Origin: an uncultured Veillonellaceae bacterium
GTDB taxonomy: Bacteria > Bacillota > Negativicutes > JARBTT01
Assembly (NCBI GenBank): GCA_963805085.1
Contig: CAWDTA010000002.1
Span: 1,216,001-1,280,000, forward strand
DNA length: 64,000 nucleotides
Direction of reading: 5' to 3'
Of the stretch, positions 50,477 to 59,654 are shown one piece after another. The notes below the pieces were generated by a model, which saw nothing but the letters and a program-made list of their open reading frames with translations, was not told the DNA's origin and did not search any database. The translations under genes were made by a program, and so were the position numbers. Position 1 is the first letter of the stretch. Every line of letters starts with the position of its first letter.

Positions 50477-51430
50477 TTGAATTTAATGAAAAAAGCTTTA
50501 TGGTTTAAGTCTATTTTATCCATTATGATGGCAGTTGCTTTACTTTTCCAATTTACTTTATTTGCATCAGCCGCTGAATCAAATAAAGTAGTTTTAAAAA
50601 TTGACAGGGCCGATGCCGATCAACTGCCAAGAAATTATAGAACGACTGATGATACTTTTCGTGCTACAAAAGATGGACAGTATCCTTCACGCGTTGGTTT
50701 GAAGGATATTCATGCCTCCGCCAGCAGTATTTTTTCAGAAAAAGAATTTGAACAAGTAATATCAAGGGCACACGGCAATGTAATTGTTGTAGACTTACGC
50801 CAGGAATCGCACGGATATCTTAATGGTATGGCTGTTAGCTGGTTTGGTGCTAATAATTGGGGAAATGACGGAAAAGATTTGGAACAAGTTAAAGTTATTG
50901 AAAAAGGCTTACTTGATAAGGCTTTAACAGAAACACCAACAACTATTTATCATTTTGATGATGATAAAAACGTAACCACCGAGTCTTTTCAGATTAATGT
51001 TGAAAACGCACTTACTGAAGAAGAAATGATAAAATCTCATGGGGCAGGCTATTTTCGGTTAGCTTGTTCAGATCATTTCCGTCCCGAAGATGCTGATGTT
51101 GATCGTTTTCTTGAGTTTTATAAATTGCTTCCAAAGGATGCATGGCTACACTTTCATTGCTTTGCGGGTGAAGGACGTACAACTATTTTTATGAATATGT
51201 ATGATATTTTAAAAAATGCAAAAAAAGTAAGCTATGATGATATTGCATTACGACAAGGGTTAATTGGACCAGTTGATATTCGAAATGTACCGGCTTCTAA
51301 AATGAATTGGAAACGTAAAGCCTATATTGAACGTGCTCAATTTGTTAAACATTTTTATGATTTTGTAAAACAAAGTCCGGATAATTTGCCAATGACTTGG
51401 TCGAAATGGGCTAGGCAACATAGTTATTAA
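50477..51430 (+). CDS. Secreted protein-tyrosine-phosphatase-like (cysteine) phytase
   Basis: Sec signal ending ASA|AES, LPRNYR, VDLRQESHG, SDH acid loop and P-loop WLHFHCFAGEGRTT (CX5R), as in Selenomonas PhyA-type enzymes. Confidence 0.92.
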   Translation: MNLMKKALWFKSILSIMMAVALLFQFTLFASAAESNKVVLKIDRADADQLPRNYRTTDDTFRATKDGQYPSRVGLKDIHASASSIFSEKEFEQVISRAHGNVIVVDLRQESHGYLNGMAVSWFGANNWGNDGKDLEQVKVIEKGLLDKALTETPTTIYHFDDDKNVTTESFQINVENALTEEEMIKSHGAGYFRLACSDHFRPEDADVDRFLEFYKLLPKDAWLHFHCFAGEGRTTIFMNMYDILKNAKKVSYDDIALRQGLIGPVDIRNVPASKMNWKRKAYIERAQFVKHFYDFVKQSPDNLPMTWSKWARQHSY

Positions 51431-51742
51431 TTAGCCACAGTCTTCTTATGCCTGTTGCTTGGGAGAGTGATTTTTGATACAGCGCAGATAAAAATTTAGA
51501 AAATAAACGAATATAAATGAAAAATATGCAGAGGTAATTCATTAATTGTTGAATATTTTGCCTGATCTGATCATGGCTAAAGAAGGATGGGAACAGAAAT
51601 AAAACGCGTCAATTTTGTTAAAATTTTATTATATGACTAGATGGCATAACGTGAAGTTAGCTGTTAATTCATAAATTGGCACCAATGAAATTTATATTTA
51701 CAGACTAAAGTGCTCTAATGAAGTAACAGAATAGGTTTGATG

Positions 51743-51790
51743 AAGATAGACAGTGTAGATAATCTTTATGATGTCTACACTGTCTATCTT
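51743..51790. repeat. 17-bp stem-loop directly upstream of the MCP RBS
   Basis: AAGATAGACAGTGTAGA...TCTACACTGTCTATCTT, with no U-tract. Confidence 0.8.
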
Positions 51791-51813
51791 ATGTAAAAGG
51801 AGAGATATCTATT

Positions 51814-53814
51814 ATGTGGAAGAAAATGAATATGATGTCAAAGATGTTACTAGCTTTATTATTGCCAATGTTTCTTATTGTTGCGGGAATTTGTACGTAT
51901 TCTTATTTTGAGTCTCGTAATATCTTAAATAAGCAAATCATGCAGACCGTTACTTATATGGCGGAAAGTCAAAGTAATACGGTATACTATACATTGAAAG
52001 AAAAAGAAACGTTACTTACAATGTGTGCTGAGATTTTAGGACAAAAAGAGATGTCCACATCAGAGCGTATTGCTTTATATAAACAAGTGAAAGCAAATTT
52101 TACTGGAATTAAATCAGTATTTGATGGTTATGAAGATAAAACATGTAGTGATTCTCAAGGGGTAACAGAAAAAGAAAAGCCAGCAGGATATGATCCAAAA
52201 AGTCGTATTTGGTATAAGATTGCAAATGAATCAAAAGGTGTTGGCTATACACCTGCTTTTGAGACGTCTAACAAATCACTATCAGTAGATTTAAGTAAAA
52301 AAATTATTCGCAATGGACAAATGGTAGGTGTTGTGGGGGTCGATATTGATATTAGCCAAATACGTGAATTAGCACAAAATTTTAAAATTGGTGAAACCGG
52401 ATATGTAGCAATTTTAGATGAAAAAGGCAATTTCATTTCTCATCCTAAATTTGGTTTGACGGATAATATTAATGAGGTGGAAAATGGAAATCTAAAAAGC
52501 TATGCGGGTTCTTTGATGAATAAGCAGGCAAATGTACAAAGTGGAATTTTAAATGGTGAACAAGTATTAATGTCTGCATCACCAATTGGTAATACCGGAT
52601 GGACTTTTGTGATATTTGCGCCAGAAAAAGAGTTGTTTAGGGATGTAAATGAATTGGCCTTAAAGTCGATAACTTCCAGTCTTATTGGATTGATTTTAAT
52701 TGGTTTTATCATTATCGTTATTACAATTAATTTTGTGAAACATATAAAATTAATTGACAAAATGGCGGGAGAAATAGCAGCTGGTGATTTGCAGATTGAT
52801 CATGATTATAAAACAGATGAATCTAGTAAAGACGAAATTGATAAATTAATTCATAGTTTCCAACGAATGAAAATAAAATTACGTTCCTTAATCAGTAATG
52901 TTAGTACTTCAGCGATACAAGTTACACAGTCAACAGGACAGTTCTATGAAAGTTCCCAACAGTCAGCGGAAGCTGCAGATAGTGTTGCTTCTTCGATAAC
53001 ACATTTAGTTGGAGCAACTGAAAGTCAGGTAAAAGCCGTTAATGAAGTAGTAACAATAGTGGGCAAAATGTCGGAGAACATACAAAATGTTGCTGGCAGT
53101 GCAAATAGTATGGCAGGTATTGCAGACGAAGCCGCTGGAGCAACTATTTCAGGAAAACAATCAGTTGATGAGGCTGTTGCACAAATGGATAATGTCAGCA
53201 AAGCCGCTAATCGGGCGAAACTTGCATCGACTGATATGGAAAAAAGTTCAGATCAAATCGGGCAAATTGTTGAAATGATTTCTAATATTGCGGGACAAAC
53301 CAATTTACTTGCATTAAATGCGGCAATTGAGGCGGCAAGAGCCGGTAATCAAGGTCGTGGGTTTGCTGTAGTAGCGGAAGAGGTTCGGAAATTAGCTGAA
53401 CAATCTGATCATGCAGCCAGACAAATTACGGAATTAGTACAGAAAAATCATGAAAATATTGATCATATGGTTACATCAATTGAAGATGCAATTAATGATG
53501 TAAATCAGGGAAGTACACGTGTTTATGCCGCAGGCGAAGAATTTAAAAAAATCTTGGATATGGTAAATAATTTAGTGAATCGTGTAAAGCAAATATCTTC
53601 ATCGCTTGATGAGATTTCTAGCGGCAGCCAAAGCATTGTTGTTGCAGTAAACGATGTAGATGAGGTATGTAAAGGAACAGCAACTGAATTTGAAAGTGTA
53701 TCAGCGGCTGTTGAAGAACAGTCAGCATCAATGCAAGAAATTGCATCATCATGTTCTGCACTAAGTAATTTAGCGGAAAAATTAGATTGTGAAGTTCAAA
53801 AATTTAAATTATAG
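51814..53814 (+). CDS. dCache_1-HAMP methyl-accepting chemotaxis protein
   Basis: TM1, [23 protein letters not shown]...HP, TM2, DEI HAMP motif and the MCP signature. Confidence 0.93.
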   Translation: MWKKMNMMSKMLLALLLPMFLIVAGICTYSYFESRNILNKQIMQTVTYMAESQSNTVYYTLKEKETLLTMCAEILGQKEMSTSERIALYKQVKANFTGIKSVFDGYEDKTCSDSQGVTEKEKPAGYDPKSRIWYKIANESKGVGYTPAFETSNKSLSVDLSKKIIRNGQMVGVVGVDIDISQIRELAQNFKIGETGYVAILDEKGNFISHPKFGLTDNINEVENGNLKSYAGSLMNKQANVQSGILNGEQVLMSASPIGNTGWTFVIFAPEKELFRDVNELALKSITSSLIGLILIGFIIIVITINFVKHIKLIDKMAGEIAAGDLQIDHDYKTDESSKDEIDKLIHSFQRMKIKLRSLISNVSTSAIQVTQSTGQFYESSQQSAEAADSVASSITHLVGATESQVKAVNEVVTIVGKMSENIQNVAGSANSMAGIADEAAGATISGKQSVDEAVAQMDNVSKAANRAKLASTDMEKSSDQIGQIVEMISNIAGQTNLLALNAAIEAARAGNQGRGFAVVAEEVRKLAEQSDHAARQITELVQKNHENIDHMVTSIEDAINDVNQGSTRVYAAGEEFKKILDMVNNLVNRVKQISSSLDEISSGSQSIVVAVNDVDEVCKGTATEFESVSAAVEEQSASMQEIASSCSALSNLAEKLDCEVQKFKL

Positions 53815-53895
53815 CCAGCTTTAATTAAACAATATAGAATGTTAATGCTGCTAACGTTTAAAGTATGTACGACTTTTATAGGGGGGAGAAAACTT

Positions 53896-56817
53896 ATGAT
53901 GAGCAAAGAAACTATATTGAATGGACCATATCTATTGGCTCCGACTACGAATAGTATGACCATAGCCTGGGAGACTCGGTTTCAGGGGCAGACAAATGTA
54001 TTTTATGGGGTAAATGAGCAGTTTGATCAGCAAGCAGAAGTACAAGTGCAAAGGGCAACGCCCTATAAAGATAATCCTGATGGTAATTTTATCTCTACGA
54101 CAATTATAAACAAACTGGATGCAGACACAAAATATAGCTATAAAATTAAACTTGGAAATGAGCAAGAAGTTTGTGGCGAGTTTAAGACACTGGGGGATAA
54201 TCCAGATATAAAGCGAATTTTTACGATAAGTGACTCCCATCTGTTTAATACAAACAAGCAATTTGCTAATATAGTTTTAGCTAATAAGCCTGATTTTATT
54301 ATTCATATTGGAGATATCTCATTTGGAACCGGATATCAACGTGAACAGTATGAGGATAATTGGTTTAAGAAAATTCCAGAAGTAATAAAAACAATTCCTG
54401 TTATACATGTACCTGGTAATCATGATGATGGTCCATTTTATAATGACTTTTTTACTTTTCCTCAATCAAAGACTTACCAGTGTGATGAAGCAAAACGAAG
54501 TTTTTCATTTGACTATGGGAAAATTCATTTTTTAATACTTGATAGCAACCCTTGGGGATTATTTGAGATGAATGCAATTAATTCAGGATTGTCTGCAGAT
54601 AGTGAAACGAAGAAGATAATTTATAATACATTAGAATGGGCAATTGATGATTTAAAATCAAATCAAGCAAAAAATGCTGACTGGCGGGTAATCGTACTCC
54701 ATCACCCGTATACAGATGAATTTAATAATAAGTATATTGTTCCTATCGCTGAAAAGTATAATGTTAATTTAGTGATTAGCGGGCATCTACATTATTATGT
54801 TAAAAGTGTTTCTATTAACCCAGAGATTGGTGCTAAAACAGTTTATTTAACCCAAGGAAGTGCACAAGATGGAGAACATGAATTAAATCTAGGGCAGTTT
54901 GATAAGCGGTTATTAGTAGAATTTCCAGAAGTTGTTGCACTTGGAAAAGGTAATTATGGGGAGCTAGATATAACAAAAAGTAACCTGGCTTATAAAAGCT
55001 ATGGATTTAATAAGGATGACGATAAAGAGATTTTGGTTGATACAGTTGTTTTAACAAAGGAAAAACCTGAAATAATTATCTCTGATGTTCAAATTGATAC
55101 GATCGATAAATTTGGACATATTCGAATTACTGGTAAAGCCAAAAATGCAGGTAGTGGTTTTGAAGCTGTAATAGTTAAGGTCATCGATAATGGTGCAGAA
55201 CATGTCATTAATTTATTTGGTAATAAGGGAAAAGAGCGGATTATTGCTTTGAATTGTAATGAGGAAAAAGATTTTATTGCGCTTTATCAAACCACAGATC
55301 CTGGACAGCATGAATTGTATGTAGAAGGTATTACTAAAAGCATTACAGTTTATGAACCAGAGCAACTGACTTTTGAACACATGAAGCTTAAAGTTGGTAA
55401 TGAAAAAAATACTAACCTGCTAATTGCAAGTGTTGAAATTACAAATAATTTAAAAAACGAAGTGCAAGTACCTGTTGATCTGATTATCAACAAAGAAGTT
55501 GTTCAAAGAAAAATGACATCATTAGCGGGTTATGAGAAAAAAAATATAGAGTATTATCATAAGTTATCAAGAGGTGGAAGTTATAAAGTTAAGATAGCCA
55601 ATTTAGAAGAAAAAGAGATCAGAATACAAGGCCCTGTACGAATAATACCAAGGGTTAAGGATCTATCTGGTAATGGCAATGATGCTCTTTTACATGGCAC
55701 GCCAAGGGTAATAAAAGAGAAAGATAGAGTAATCGTACATTTAGATCAATATAGTGATTATTTGGAAATTCCAGATAGTGACAGTTTGCGCGTTAGCGAT
55801 GGCTTTACCGGCATGGTTTGGGCAAATATTAGTAGATTAGCTCAGGGGGCAGAGATGTCACATAATCCGCTGATGGTTAAAGGAAAGTCAATTGGTTGGG
55901 GGGCGACATATTTATTGCGTATGGCAGTTGAGAGAGCTGGTAGTTTAAAATGGGGAACTTGTCATGATATTACCGAATATGCCTGGCAAGGTGGTAATGC
56001 AAGTTTAAATGAATGGGTCCATTATACCTCTTCTTTTGATAAAAAAAGTGGTGGCACTTCTTATTGCAATACGAATAAAGTTGCAGAGATCTCAGGCATC
56101 GGTGCTGATGCTAAATTAAGAAATTGGGAGGATGAACCATTGTTTGTTGGCTATTCATATATTGGGCATGTAATTGAAGAAATTGGCAGACCTAAATATT
56201 TTACGCATTTACCAGCGCAAATTAGTCAGGTCAGATTTTACAGAACGAAATTATCCAGTCAAGAAAATCAATTAATTTATAAAAAGCCAGCTGAAATTGG
56301 ACCCAAAAGTGATGAATTAGCAGTCTGGCTGGACTTTAATAATATTATTACGACCGGGACTCATATTACGGAGTGGAGACGCCCGGCAATCTTTGAACCT
56401 TCATATAAAACCGAAAAAAAATATTGGGATTTTAATCAGTTAAAAGTTACCGCTGTTATACCAGTTGAAACAACATTAGAAGCTACAGTTGAAGTTTCTG
56501 ATGATGGTGATTTAGTCAAGGATTCGAAGAAAATTTGTATACATGATGGAGTGTGCTGTGTTGATCTAAGTAATTTACAGCAAGCACAGTATATTAGAAT
56601 TATGACAAAATTTGTAGCTGAAGTTGGTGATAAGGGAATTTTTACTCCTGAATTGTGGGAATATCAGGTTACTGCATCAACAGAAAGTATTTTTACAGAG
56701 ATGATATGGGCAACACGCGATGATTGGGAAAAGGGTCGAATGACCGATGCAGTTGGTTTCGAACCAGTTGACAGGCTCAAAACTTTTCATGAATATACAG
56801 ATGTTATTCATGGCTAG
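53896..56817 (+). CDS. Large multidomain metallophosphoesterase (PAP-like FN3 + calcineurin-like MPP + Ig/CARDB-like + LamG-like)
   Basis: GPYL...SMTIAWET, DSH, GDISF, GNHD, HHP and GHLH. The C-terminal part has DLSGNGND...YLEIP...WVHY...ISQVRFY. No signal peptide. Confidence 0.8.
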   Translation: MMSKETILNGPYLLAPTTNSMTIAWETRFQGQTNVFYGVNEQFDQQAEVQVQRATPYKDNPDGNFISTTIINKLDADTKYSYKIKLGNEQEVCGEFKTLGDNPDIKRIFTISDSHLFNTNKQFANIVLANKPDFIIHIGDISFGTGYQREQYEDNWFKKIPEVIKTIPVIHVPGNHDDGPFYNDFFTFPQSKTYQCDEAKRSFSFDYGKIHFLILDSNPWGLFEMNAINSGLSADSETKKIIYNTLEWAIDDLKSNQAKNADWRVIVLHHPYTDEFNNKYIVPIAEKYNVNLVISGHLHYYVKSVSINPEIGAKTVYLTQGSAQDGEHELNLGQFDKRLLVEFPEVVALGKGNYGELDITKSNLAYKSYGFNKDDDKEILVDTVVLTKEKPEIIISDVQIDTIDKFGHIRITGKAKNAGSGFEAVIVKVIDNGAEHVINLFGNKGKERIIALNCNEEKDFIALYQTTDPGQHELYVEGITKSITVYEPEQLTFEHMKLKVGNEKNTNLLIASVEITNNLKNEVQVPVDLIINKEVVQRKMTSLAGYEKKNIEYYHKLSRGGSYKVKIANLEEKEIRIQGPVRIIPRVKDLSGNGNDALLHGTPRVIKEKDRVIVHLDQYSDYLEIPDSDSLRVSDGFTGMVWANISRLAQGAEMSHNPLMVKGKSIGWGATYLLRMAVERAGSLKWGTCHDITEYAWQGGNASLNEWVHYTSSFDKKSGGTSYCNTNKVAEISGIGADAKLRNWEDEPLFVGYSYIGHVIEEIGRPKYFTHLPAQISQVRFYRTKLSSQENQLIYKKPAEIGPKSDELAVWLDFNNIITTGTHITEWRRPAIFEPSYKTEKKYWDFNQLKVTAVIPVETTLEATVEVSDDGDLVKDSKKICIHDGVCCVDLSNLQQAQYIRIMTKFVAEVGDKGIFTPELWEYQVTASTESIFTEMIWATRDDWEKGRMTDAVGFEPVDRLKTFHEYTDVIHG

Positions 56818-56930
56818 GCTGTTTGTATTAGGAGGATTAACTTTATTTAAAATGATAGTCCTGGAATTTAGTTTTAGATAAGTCCGTAGTTTTTTTATTA
56901 TAAATTGCAGATATAGAGAGGAGTTATGTA

Positions 56931-58346
56931 GTGGATCTTATCATGATTTTTATTAGTTTAGTCGGTTTAATGTATTTGGCTTATCGTGGATATTCCATTA
57001 TATTAATCGCACCTGCCTTTGCTGTGATAGCGGCTATTGGTAGTGGCTATGCAGCGATGCCGATTTATAGTGAGCTTTATATGACAAAAGCAGCAGAATA
57101 TATTAAAAATTATTATCCGGTCTTTTTATTGGGAGCAGTCTTTGCCAAGGTTATGGAATCTGGTGGACTTGCAGCGGCAGTTGCGAGTAAAATCGTACAA
57201 ACGCTTGGTAAAGAAAGAGCGATTTTAGCCGTGCTCTTGGGCTGCGGGGCTTTGACATACGGAGGGCTAAGTGTATTTGTAGTTGCATTTGTGATGTACC
57301 CGTTTTCTGCTATTTTATTTAAGCAAGCGAAAATTCCCAAACGATTACTACCAGCAACCTTATGGATGGGGATACTTACCTATGCGATGATTGCCATTCC
57401 GGGGACTCCTCAGATTCAAAATATTATTCCAACGGCTTTTTTTGGTACGACGACTTGGGCGGGAATTAGTACAGGTCTTTTTGCTACATTATTATATTTT
57501 GTTATTGCATGGGCATGGATCAGTTATCGACATAAGAAATTAGCAAGTCAGGGCGAAGGTTATGGAAATTATATTTTAAACGAACCAGAGGATGTAAAAG
57601 AAGATCTACCACATTGGAGCTTGGCGGCGTTACCACTGGTTCTCGTTGTTGTGATTAATTTGATTGTGAGCAATCCTTTTACTTGGCAATGGGCATATCA
57701 TTGGGATAACCATAGTTTAGAGAATTTTACAACGCTAAAATTGTCACTTTTAGCATCTAGTGTCGATCGTGTACAAGCGATATGGTCGATTAATGTTGCG
57801 CTTATTATAAGCAGCATTGTTGCGGCATTCATTGGGCGAAAACGTTTAAAAACGCAAGGAGGCGTACTTTCACCGATTAATATGGGAGCTGTATCTTCTA
57901 CTTCAGCAGTTTTGAATGTAGCATCTGGCTACGCATTTGGTTGTGTTATCGCTATCTTACCAGGTTTTCAAATCATCAAAGAAATGCTGCTGAATTTAAG
58001 TGTTGGTGATGGGCCATTACTTTCTGCAATCATTACGACGAATATTATGACAGGAATTACGGGATCGGCATCGGGGGGGTTAACCATAGCGTTGGGGATG
58101 CTTGGAAATGAATGGCTTGCTTGGGCAAACAGCATGCAGATGTCACCGGAGATTTTACATCGAATTGTTTGTATTGCTTCTGAAGGCATTGATACAGTAC
58201 CGCATTCTGGAGCGTTAGTTACCCTTTTTGCAGTCTGTGGATTAACTCATAAAGATTCTTATTATGATGTTTTTATACTAACAATACTAAAAACGACAAT
58301 TGCTTTTATTTGTTTGGCTTTTTATAGCATAACAGGACTCGTTTAA
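56931..58346 (+). CDS. GntP-family H+/organic acid permease
   Basis: LTYGGLSVFV, PGTPQIQNIIP, GITGSASGG and DTVPHSGA. Confidence 0.9.
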   Translation: MDLIMIFISLVGLMYLAYRGYSIILIAPAFAVIAAIGSGYAAMPIYSELYMTKAAEYIKNYYPVFLLGAVFAKVMESGGLAAAVASKIVQTLGKERAILAVLLGCGALTYGGLSVFVVAFVMYPFSAILFKQAKIPKRLLPATLWMGILTYAMIAIPGTPQIQNIIPTAFFGTTTWAGISTGLFATLLYFVIAWAWISYRHKKLASQGEGYGNYILNEPEDVKEDLPHWSLAALPLVLVVVINLIVSNPFTWQWAYHWDNHSLENFTTLKLSLLASSVDRVQAIWSINVALIISSIVAAFIGRKRLKTQGGVLSPINMGAVSSTSAVLNVASGYAFGCVIAILPGFQIIKEMLLNLSVGDGPLLSAIITTNIMTGITGSASGGLTIALGMLGNEWLAWANSMQMSPEILHRIVCIASEGIDTVPHSGALVTLFAVCGLTHKDSYYDVFILTILKTTIAFICLAFYSITGLV

Positions 58347-58420
58347 AGTAAAGATAACATAAACAAATATTTTGACTAAAATAATATACTAGAGGAAATC
58401 TCGTAGTGTAATGTAAAATA

Positions 58421-58463
58421 AAAAACTAGAATATCAGAATAAAATCTGGTATTCTAGTTTTTT
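58421..58463. terminator. Terminator closing the iol/phytase region
   Basis: AAAAACTAGAATATCAGA...TCTGGTATTCTAGTTTTT. Confidence 0.75.
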
Positions 58464-58720
58464 AGAATAGACAGGGAAATGCTGGACATTTATAAAAATG
58501 TAGTAACACAGGCAAAGGCTATGACAATAATTAAACAGGTAAATAGTGCGTTGACTAAGTGTACGGAGTTTCTACTGCAAAATTTCATCATTTTATTCTA
58601 CACCTCGAATTCTAATGTAAATAGCATTAATTGTAAAACAATTATACATTTACAAGATGTAAAGTACAATGCCAATTTCCGATATTTAGAGAAAAATAGG
58701 ATAAAAGTCCAAGAATTACG

Positions 58721-58768
58721 GAATAAAAATAAGCTAAACGTCCTAGACGTTTAGCTTATTTTTTATTC
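58721..58768. terminator. Terminator of the minus-strand hypothetical gene
   Basis: AAAAATAAGCTAAACGTC-CTA-GACGTTTAGCTTATTTTT. Confidence 0.75.
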
Positions 58769-59428
58769 TGGTGCTTTCATTAAATTTGTTTGTATAGGCA
58801 AAAGGTCCTGACTAATATCTAGGTTGATTGGATCGGCTAAAATAAGGATTTTTTGCAAGGCGTTGACTTGATCATCGTGTTGTTTGTTATTTAGTAAATT
58901 CTGACCATCGAGGGCATAAACGCTAGTTTCAATTATTTTCGTTTGTTTGCGAGAAAAAATTTTCGTTTTACTAATAATCTCTAAAACATGATTATGATTG
59001 TCATCAGTTAAATTTGCGGGCGGGGCAAGTTGTGTTAGTTTTTCATTGAGCGAGTTACTCTTGGTATATAAATCGGCCAAGCGAGCATGGGCGGTTTGTA
59101 CGCTGATCGTATCATTTTGGAATGCTTTGATTATTTTATGATATTGCTGCCAATTGTTGTTTAGTCTATCAATATATTTTTTGTAGGCAGTATACCATTC
59201 TGAGAAATTCATTTGTTCTTGAATTAACAGTTGTTGCTCTTCGGGCGTTGGTGGTTCTGGTTTCTCTGGTGGAGTTGGTTTGAAAATGAACGGAATACTA
59301 AGGAGAACTAGACAAATGATAATCGGCAAAATTTGTTTTTTACGAATGGCCAGAAAGATAATACAGCCGATACATAAAATCAGTAAGCCAAATAATATGT
59401 TTAATATTAATGGTGTTAAATGTAGCAT
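58763..59428 (-). CDS. Membrane-anchored hypothetical protein (2 TM, Pro-rich linker, helical domain)
   Basis: RBS AAGGAG; two N-terminal TM segments and KPTPPEKPEPPTP. Confidence 0.75.
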   Translation of the reverse strand: MLHLTPLILNILFGLLILCIGCIIFLAIRKKQILPIIICLVLLSIPFIFKPTPPEKPEPPTPEEQQLLIQEQMNFSEWYTAYKKYIDRLNNNWQQYHKIIKAFQNDTISVQTAHARLADLYTKSNSLNEKLTQLAPPANLTDDNHNHVLEIISKTKIFSRKQTKIIETSVYALDGQNLLNNKQHDDQVNALQKILILADPINLDISQDLLPIQTNLMKAPE

Positions 59429-59654
59429 GGAAATCTCCTTTATCTAAAGTATATGTACTTTCTACAATTGTTTGGCGAGTTCCTGCTATTGCATGAAGAA
59501 GTTTGTATACAGCAGGTATTTTCCAGCAGGTATTGCAGGCTTAAAAATTTCACTATATACTAAATATTATATTCGTAATGCAGAAGTGATCAGGAAAGAA
59601 CTTACTAATCGAGTCTTTCCGAAATATATATACGAATAGAAAGAGGCTTTGCTC

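Noticed and set aside
58479-58754. 91-aa plus-strand ORF
   Set aside because: It lies between two terminators, is AT-rich with a weak RBS, runs into a hairpin and has no recognisable motif.
38653-58768. The iol/phytase locus as a mobile island
   Set aside because: I saw no integrase, transposase, tRNA attachment site or flanking direct repeats, and I could not quantify a compositional shift.
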